From positions 553,019,296-553,083,295 of the forward strand of contig NC_058131.1 in NCBI RefSeq assembly GCF_016433145.1: 64,000 nt of DNA. Reading direction: 5' to 3'. Positions 55,990 to 64,000 of this stretch are shown piece by piece (the first letter of the stretch is position 1; each line of letters opens with the position of its first letter). Source of the stretch: Gracilinanus agilis. Its lineage: Eukaryota. A model generated the notes under the pieces. It was not told the DNA's origin. It did no database searches and saw only the letters and a program-made list of their open reading frames with translations. The position numbers and the translations under genes are program-made.

Positions 55990-57590
55990 TATTAAGGGAA
56001 ATAATGAAAAAAAAAACGTGAAGGAAGGTGGCCTAGCAGCACCAGATATTAAACTATGCTATAAAGCAGTGGTCATCAAAACAATATGGTACTGGCTAAG
56101 AGACAGAAGGGAGGATCAGTGGAATAGACTTGGGGTAAGTGACTTCAGCAAGACAGTCTATGATAAATCCAAAGAGCCCAACTTTTGGGACAAAAATCCA
56201 CTATTTGACAAAAACTTCTGGGAAAATTGGAAAACAATATGGGAGAGATTAGGTTTAGATCAACATCTCACACCCTACACCAAGATAAGTTCCGAATGGG
56301 TGAATGACTTGAATATAAAGAAGGAAATTATAAGAAAATTAGGTGAACACAGAATAGTATACTTGTCAGATCTCTGGGAAAGGAAAGATTTTAAAACTAA
56401 GCAAGAGTTAGAAAAAATTACAAAATGTAAAATAAATAATTTTGATTACATGAAATTAAAAAAGTTTTGTACAAACAAAAACAATGCAACCAAAATCAGA
56501 AGGGAAACAACAAACTGGGAAAAAATCTTTATAACAAAAAACTCTGACAAAGGTCTAATTAATCAAATATACAAGGAGCTAAATCAATTGTACAAAAAAT
56601 CAAGCCATTCTCCAGTCGATAAATGGGCAAGGGAAATGAATAGGCAATTTTCAGATAAAGAAATCAAAACTGTTAGTAAGCACATGAGAAAGTATTCAAA
56701 ATCTCTATTAATTAGAGAAATGCAAATCAAAACAACTCTGAGTTATTACCTCACATCCAGCAGACTGGCTAAATTGACAACAGGGGAGAGTAATGAATGT
56801 TAAAGGGGATGTGGCAAAATTGGGACATTGATGCGTTGCTGGTGGAGTTGTGCTGTGAACTGATCTAACCATTCTGGATAGCAATTTGGAACTATGCTCA
56901 AAGAGCGCCAAAAGATTGTCTGCCCTTTGATCCAGCCATACCACTGCTGAGGTTGTACCCCAAGAGATCATAGGGAAAAAGACATGTACAAAAATATTTA
57001 TAGCCATGCTCTTCGTGGTGGCAAAAAAACTGGAAAATGAGGGGATGTCCTTCGATTGGGGAATGGCTGAACAAATTGTGGTATCTGTTGGTGATGGAAT
57101 ACTACTATGCTCAAAGGAATAATAAACTGGAGGAATTCCATGTGAACTGGAATAACCCAGGAATTGATGCAGAGTGAAAGGAGCAGAGCCAGAAGAACAT
57201 TGTACACAGAGTCTGATATACTGTGGTGAAATAGAATGTAATGGACTTCTGTACTAGCAGCAATGCAATGACCCAGGACAATTCTGAGGGATTTATGGAA
57301 AAGAACGATACCTACATTCAGAGGAAGAACTACAGGAGAGGAAACACAGAAGAAAAACAATTGCTTGAACACATGGGTTGATGCGGACACAATTTGGGAT
57401 GTAGACTCCTAATGACCACCCTAGAACAATTATCAATAATATGGAAATAGGTCTTGATCGATGGACACATGAAGAAACCAGTGGAAATGTGTGTCAGCTA
57501 CCGGGGGAGGGGGAGGGAGTTGAGGGGAGAGAGAGCAAGAACATGAATTATGTAACCATGGAAAAAAATTTTTCTAAAAAGAAAAAAAAA
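55990..57590 (+). mobile_element. 5'-truncated relatively young L1 (ORF2 C-terminal third + 3'UTR + A-tail)
   Basis: ORF 56018-56803 (261 aa) KEGGLAAPDIKLCYKAVVIKTIWYW...IREMQIKTTLSYYLT ends in a premature TAA. The element is flanked by a roughly 21-bp TSD AAAAATAA(C/T)TCTTAC(C/T)TTCTG (55966-55986 / 57586-57606). Confidence 0.93.
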
Positions 57591-58035
57591 TAATTCTTAC
57601 TTTCTGTGTATTGGTTCCAAGGCAGAAGAGCAGTAAGGGCTAGATAATGAGGGTTAAGTGACTTGCCCAGGGTCACACAGCTAGGAAGCATCTGAAGTCA
57701 GATTTGAACCTGTCTCTAGGCCTGGCTCTCAATCCACTGAGTCACCTAGCTGCCCCCCCCCCCCACCTTTTTTATCTCTTTGGGAAACAGACCTAGTAGT
57801 GGTATTATTGGTGTCCAATTCTTTGTGACTCTCTTTTGGGGGGGGTTTCTTGACAAAGATTCTTGCCATTTCCTTTTCCATCTCACTTTACACATGAAGA
57901 AACTAAGGCAAACATGTTTAAGTAACTTGCCCAGAGTCACACAGCTCAGAAATGTCTGAGGCCAGATTTGAACATAGGAAGATGAGTCTTCCTGACTCTG
58001 GCCCAGTACTCTATCCACTGTGCCACCTACCTGCC
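57591..58035 (-). mobile_element. SINE1-like (about 57591-57755) and MAR1-like (about 57790-58035) SINEs
   Basis: Reverse-oriented consensus motifs. The L1 TSD lies in the tail of the first SINE. Confidence 0.8.
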
Positions 58036-59742
58036 CACCTTCACACATAGCAGATGTTTAATTAACCTTGTTGGGCTGGATTATACGGAAGCCAAGACTT
58101 GAGTCTGGGTCTTCTGACTTCAAGTCCTCTGAGTGCTCTTTCCACTATGTATTCTGTATATGGCACAGTACAATGATTCATGTTCATAATGATGACTCTG
58201 AGTCACACACAAAAAAAAGTTAAATTATGTTGTGGAAAGCCAGGAATGTGTGCAATATATTTTAGAATTATTCCCATAAAATTAACCCTAAGAAACTCGA
58301 AACAAAATTCCCATAGAAGTAATGAGGATATTTTTTAAGTGATGGTGCTTAATACAGATGATCAGCAGTTATCTGGGGAAAAAAAAGATCCAGTCACGTG
58401 GAACTATTTGTTTCCAACTAATGCTGAATAAATGAGGCCCAAGTTCTCCACAAAGGCACAGCCACGCCAGACTATTTGAGCCCTGGTTGCTGATGTCTGA
58501 ATAGCTCTAGAAACTGCATTCTTTTTGCTTTTAAAGACTTGGCTGACCATTTAAAATACCCATATCTCTAGGAGTCAGAGTTACTCTGCTGTTATCAGTC
58601 ATTTATACTTTAGTATGAAAGAAAGGAGGCTGTTGCTTCAGTGGCTTTAGAAAGAAAAGCTCTGAATAGCCTGCCTTGTGAGTAGGGGAGCCTGTGACGG
58701 TACAGATAAACATTTGTCTACTTTTTCATCTTGCCCAGAGCTGGCATTGTTTAGAGTCAGGCCTGGGGTTGGGCACACACATACTAAAGAGCCCTTTGCA
58801 AAAATTTTATAGGATAAACACGCAGGTCCAGTGCCACAACCAGAAATTCTGACATAGGTAGGAAACTGAATCAGGTGGCAAGGAGAGACAGAAAGCTGAA
58901 GGCTGCTACAGAGTAGTCACCTGAAGGCTGCCCAAGTTCAGATTCACATGGGTCCCCAGACTTGGTAGTCTAGTACAGACAGTTTGTCCTGATAGGTGCA
59001 TTCTTGTCTTTGGGGGAGTAGGGGAAGGTGGAGCTTGATAGGAGGGTCATAGAGGCAGGACACTGAGGGGTTAGTGACCCAGGGACAAATGAGAGATGGG
59101 GCCAATGAAAGAGTCTCAATTACACGAAAAAACAATTTTTGACAATTATTTTCTGACGTTTGGCAATTCAGATTCTCTCCCTCCCTTCATCCCCTCCTCC
59201 ATAGGCAGTAAATAATCTGATATAAGTTCTACCAGTGCTTTTGTAGTGGAGGATTCTCATGGAGAAGGGCATCATGCCCCTCCTCATCTTGGGGCTCTGG
59301 TGCAAAGCTCAGGCAGCCCTTTACCAGTTACGGCTCTTCTGGCTTATTCTTTCTCACCTTGGGCAGGCCAGGACCATGAAGTGAGACTAGCTAAAACCTT
59401 TCCTCAGCTTCCAGAGAGGACTTGAAGAAAAGGAAATCACTGCCAGTTCTATGCTGAGTAATATGAGAGCCATGCTACAGGGAGAGCTTTGGGTGAATCC
59501 CCATTCCCCTTCTTGTGGGTTCCTCAGAGCTTCCTCTGCTCCTGCTGATTAAGGAGAGGAGGGAACATTAGGCAATTAGCCATGGGTGGAAAGATGCTCA
59601 CAGCGTGTAATCAATAGCTGTCTCTTTGCCACAATGGAGACTGGGGCTGGGGCATGGTAAATCAGGGAAGGGTTCCTAATGGGGAATCCTACCATTATCC
59701 CTACTTACAGTGTCTCTTCCTAGGGGGATGCCACCTCAGGGA

Positions 59743-59895
59743 NNNNNNNNNNNNNNNNNNNNNNNNNNNNNNNNNNNNNNNNNNNNNNNNNNNNNNNNNN
59801 NNNNNNNNNNNNNNNNNNNNNNNNNNNNNNNNNNNNNNNNNNNNNNNNNNNNNNNNNNNNNNNNNNNNNNNNNNNNNNNNNNNNNNNNNNNNNNN
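59743..59895. other. Assembly gap (153 N)
   Basis: Read directly from the sequence. Confidence 0.98.
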
Positions 59896-59947
59896 AGATT
59901 CAATACTGTATACTGATTCCAAGGGAGAAAAGCAGTAAAGGATAGAC

Positions 59948-60138
59948 CAGTGATTCCCAAAGTTGGTGCCACCACCCCCTGGTGGATATTGCAGTGATCC
60001 AGGGAAGTAGTGATGGCCACAGGTGCATTTATCTTTCCTATTAATTGCTATTAAATTTTAAAAAATTAATTTCCAGGGGTGCTAAGTAATATTTTTTCTG
60101 GAAAGGGGGCAGTAGGCCAAAAAGTTTGGGAACCACTA
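59948..60138. mobile_element. hAT/Charlie-type MITE (191 bp)
   Basis: TIRs CAGTGATTCCCAAA / TTTGGGAACCACTA (12/14 complementary) and an 8-bp TSD GGATAGAC / GGCTAGAC (NNCTAGNN, typical of Charlie elements). Confidence 0.85.
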
Positions 60139-61045
60139 GGCTAGACAATGGAAGTGAATTGACTAGGAAGTGTCTGAGGCCATCCACTTCCCTTTCAAAT
60201 CCAGTATCTCCTCATCAATTATCTTCCAAACTGGACTTCTCTGGACTCTAAAATGCTTCCTTAGTTGTGATCTTTGTTTAGCTATTTCTCTATTCCTTTG
60301 TGGAATACCTTGTGTCTTTGGTCTCTCTTTCCTGGCTTGTCTTTATGCTCTCAGAGCAATACTTTACATAGAATACCATCTCCTACCAACATCTTTGAAA
60401 GCATGGCTTGGAGACACCTCTTCCAGGAAGGTTTCCCAAACTAGACCAAAACATTAGCATTTCCTACCCTTTTCTCACTATTCCTCCAGCAGAGATTATG
60501 CTAGTTTCTAAGGGGCTCCCTATATCAGCAGAGTCTAAGCTACTTGCAGGAATTACCATGCTGAGATCTGCTAGCATTGTCTTTGAGAGAATGACTGGAG
60601 ATAGGATATCTTACCAGGGAAAGGGAAAGAGTAGTGTGACAAAGGTGGAATGATGGGAAAAAAGAAGGAATGATAAAGTAGAACTTTAAGTTTGGGTCTG
60701 ACACCATCAAGTTCAGTTTTCAAGTAAGTCTTACCTAAGCATGAAGGTTGGTTCCAGTCATTTAATTATTTTGGTCATAGGAATACATGAAACCACTTAC
60801 CAAGTCCTGGTTGTATCCTGGCTTCAATAGGGAGTGGCTACCTTGATGAAATCACTCCTCTTTTAAAGCAGACATCCTTACCTGGGGTCCACAAATTCTT
60901 TTTCTTTTGAAAATATTTTGATAACTGTATTTTAATATAATTGATTTCCTATATAATTCCATTTTATTTTGAGAAAAAGTCCATAGGCTTTATAAGTCTG
61001 CTAAAGATGTCTATGACACACAGAATGGTTAAGAATCACTGTTTT

Positions 61046-61250
61046 GGGGGCAGCTGGGTGGCTCAGTGGATTGAGAGCCAGGTTTAGAGACGGGAGATCC
61101 TGGGTTCAAATCTGACCTCAGATACTTCCCAGTTGTGTGACCTTGTGCAAGTCACTTAATCCCCATTGCCTAGCCCTTACCCCTCTTCTGCCTTGGAACC
61201 AAAAAACAGTTATTGATTCTAAGATGGAAGGTAAGAGTTTTTAAAAAAAA
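61046..61250 (+). mobile_element. SINE1-like SINE
   Basis: GGGGGCAGCTGGGTGGCTCAGTGGATTGAGAGCCAGG head and A-tail. Confidence 0.9.
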
Positions 61251-61295
61251 TCACTTTAAAAGTACTTAATTATCTCAATAGTCAATATTGTATTT

Positions 61296-61496
61296 AAAAA
61301 AAAAAAAACTCTTTCTTTCCACCTTAGAATCGATATTAAGCTTTGGTTCCAAGACAGAAAAATAGTAAGGACTGGGCAGTTGGGGTTAAGGGACTTACGC
61401 AGGGTCACATAGGTAGGAAGTGTCTGAGGCAAGATTTGAATCCAGGACTGCCTGTCTCTAGGCCTGGTTCTCTATTCACTGAATCACCTGGCTGCC
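61296..61496 (-). mobile_element. SINE1/MAR1-like SINE with TSD
   Basis: 14-bp TSD TCAATATTGTATTT (61282-61295 / 61500-61513). Confidence 0.85.
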
Positions 61497-61990
61497 TTTT
61501 CAATATTGTATTTTTTAAACCATTTTAACAAGAGGAAGCTCAGCTCTCTTGTCTGAAAAAAAGACTGTAAGTTCTCCGAGGTCAGGAATTATTCCTTCAC
61601 TACGTTCTATATTCTTTGCTATGTAACATCTTGTCCTGTGAGTCATATATACCTTTTGATAACTCCATAAATGGAGATTGGAAGACCAAAAGAGTAAGGA
61701 TTCTGTAGGGTTCCCCTGGCCCACGAAGGGACAAAGTTGTGCCCTGCTATCCAGTACCATGGGGTAGCTATGAGAACATCTGTACAATCTGGCATAGGGA
61801 AGGAGCCTAGATTAACAAGATGGGACACGTTCGTTTGGCTTCGGTCTTCTGTCTGGCTAGGTTCTTTTCTCCCACTACACAGGCTGACAGGACAATGGGT
61901 CAGAATGCCCTGAGCTTGGCCCTGGAAGGAGGAACTAAGGGTGGTGAAAGACAGGACACAATCATTCTGCAAGGACTTTTTTTTAGCTAT

Positions 61991-61996
61991 TTTATT
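61991..61996 (-). promoter_or_regulatory. Candidate proximal polyadenylation signal of LRP10
   Basis: TTTATT on + about 550 nt past the LRP10 stop. The context is A-rich, so this is tentative. Confidence 0.4.
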
Positions 61997-62543
61997 TTCT
62001 TCATTTCTTGGTGAATAAGAACCAGTGCATGTCCCCTAGACAGCAGAGTTCGAGGTCCTACCCAAACCCTTTCCCTTGAGGGCTATAGAGCTGATTGCAC
62101 AATGGGGTGTCTCTCTGCTTCAAGAGCTCTGGTTAGGGTAGGAAAGAATCATCCAGGGAGGAGTGTCTTGCCATCTGACCCTTTGAAAGCTCACTCGCTT
62201 TAACTTGTTTTTGAATAGCCCCAAACTCTGAGATAGGCCAGGGAACACCACCCATCTTTGGCCTTTAGTTAGGAACTCTGTATAGGCCCCTTATTCAGGA
62301 TGAGGCGGGCACTGCCCTGGGAGTGGTAGGGTGAGGGAACAGAGTCAGGGGCCCCATTAACCCTGGGACACTCAGCATGACTGGTAGCTACATGGCTTTG
62401 GGCAGGGTGCGAAAGGGAGAGTATCATTTGGCATCTCCTCAGGCCTGGTGCAGGGGTGATGCCCCCAGGCATTCAGAGTAGAGAAGGCTGCAACAGAGTG
62501 TCCTCCCTGGGCTGCCTGAGGAAAGGACTATGGCCATGGAGAT

Positions 62544-64000
62544 TTAGGTCAGCAGTGGCTCATCCTCCTCACCTACCCAGGGCCCGGGTTCTGCCAGAGG
62601 GAGCAGCAGCACGTCATCCTCATCTTCCTGGGATGGGGGCACTGTTCGAGGGTCTGGTGTAGCTTGGGGGGGAGTAGGGGACCGGAGACTGGGCATGAGG
62701 CGGCCACGAAGGGCCTGTACCACCCCAGACAACAGGGATGATGATGGAGGTGGAGGGGGGGTGATTGGAGGGGGTGGGTCTTCAGGGGGTACGCAGGGGG
62801 CGTTGGTAGAAGAAAGGGACACCTTCACAGGCAGTGGAGGGGCCTCCTCTGGATCTCGCCCACCCATTGCTCCTTCTAAAGGAGTCCCCTGACTGCCCTC
62901 TGGGGCATCAGAGGTAGATGGGGCAGATGCAGTCTGGAGGCTGGAGTCCGGGGCCCTGGAAGGGGGATTTGCACGGGGAAGCAAGCCCCAACGACGGAGG
63001 CGGCGGACCAGTCGTCGTGCAGATCTGCCTCGTTGGCGACGGCGAGCCCCCGATGAGCCCCCTGAAGACACATCCTGGCGCAGGATTTGTAGCAGAGATC
63101 GAAGGTTCCCCAGCACTGAATTCTACAGTTCAAGAGATAAGGAAGCATCAGAATGCAGAGAGATAAAGAGAGGAGGATTTCTTTCCATGTTATCCTGAGT
63201 AGGATGGACCAAGCAGATGGGCCTATCCGAGAATATGGTTAGCAGAATAACAGCCTTGTTGAGCTTTGGCTTGTTGGAGATACTGTAATCAAATTAGTAA
63301 ATCAGTAAGAAGGGAGTTTAGGCTCATCTATTCTAATCTTCTCATTCCATAAATGGGGAAACTGAGGCCCCAAGAAGTGACTTTCCCACGTCCACACAGG
63401 TAGTAAGAATCTGGCTTCTAATCTAGTTTTCTGGTTCTAAATTCAAGGTTCTTTCCACTCTAGGGGGTGTCATGAAGAAGCAAGGCTTAGAAGAGTAACT
63501 TACATCATTGGGGTTCTCGGTGGGAAAGTCATCCACAGGCGGGATGGCACCTTGAGCAATAAGCTGGCCATAGGATGGAGGCGCTTGCTGCTGCACAATC
63601 TCGGCCTCCACTCTTGAAAGGGGGGCAAAGATGCTGTGGGAGAGAATGAGATTTAGGGTCCCACCCCCAGTGGCTACTAAGTCAGGACCCCTACATCTGG
63701 CTCCTTCTCGAACAGCGAGACAAAAGAATTTCACGACCTTTCCAAACAGGAATTGCAGGTCCCCTCTTTGACTCCCCATAGGTCAGCCCTCTTTGTTCTG
63801 TGCCTCTTCCCGCCCCGACCTTTTTCGCGTCCTCCTACCCTGAACATGCAGCCCGGGCCTTCCCCCCGACACAGCACATCCCGTGCTGCCCCCTGACCTG
63901 TATTCTTGTGTGCGGATGGCGTAGAGTTTGCAGGTGCACCCCAGGGCAATGACGAGCAGCAGGCCGCAGATCAGGCTGCCGATCACCGCGGCCGTGATGA
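62544..64000 (-). CDS. LRP10: LDL receptor-related protein 10, 3' part (end of exon 5 with TM helix, exon 6, exon 7); gene continues beyond the window
   Basis: Exons (minus strand): >64000-63898, 63633-63504, 63122-62544 (TAA). Contains TM ITAAVIGSLICGLLLVIALGCTC, cytoplasmic QQQAPPSYGQLIAQG, NSVLGNLRSLLQILRQ and two acidic dileucine motifs DDVLL and DEPLLT*. Confidence 0.95.
63300..63460 (-). mobile_element. MIR in LRP10 intron 6
   Basis: CATAAATGGGGAAACTGAGGCCCC...AAGTGACTT...CAAGGTTCTTTCCACT core in reverse orientation. Confidence 0.7.

Noticed and set aside
56018-56803. 261-aa ORF as a host gene
   Set aside because: It is the C-terminal part of L1 ORF2, 5'-truncated and with a premature stop.
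58390-58410. GTCACGTGG (CLEAR/USF-like E-box) downstream of LRP10
   Set aside because: A single short motif far from any TSS is expected by chance.

Overview
This is mammalian genomic DNA, very probably from a didelphid marsupial (opossum-type). The basis is abundant tRNA/CORE-derived SINEs resembling SINE1_Mdo/MAR1, marsupial-type L1 3' ends and CpG depletion outside islands; the species was not confirmed by a search. The window is the conserved block syntenic with human 14q11.2. It holds tRNA-Arg(ACG) on the minus strand, head-to-head with PRMT5 (+, 17 coding exons, 637 aa). RBM23 follows (+, one non-coding and 13 coding exons, 449 aa), then REM2 (-, 5 exons, 347 aa) and the 3' end of LRP10 (-, partial exon 5 plus exons 6-7). 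All exon boundaries were read by hand, are GT-AG and keep frame. The rest is mostly SINE, L1, L2, CR1/L3 and hAT-type MITE debris, with three N-gaps and one probable false duplication. Three signals are not explained by these features. (1) An array of related 9-bp-arm triloop hairpins lies in the REM2 3'UTR, with most deviations reading as G-U on the mRNA strand. (2) The last RBM23 intron splits the final Met codon, so spliced and retained forms both give ATG-TAA, and the junction re-creates a 5' splice site. (3) A tandem RFX X-box palindrome sits just after the REM2 stop. No prokaryote-type systems (CRISPR, operons) are present. Comparisons with human proteins are from memory and need checking by alignment.
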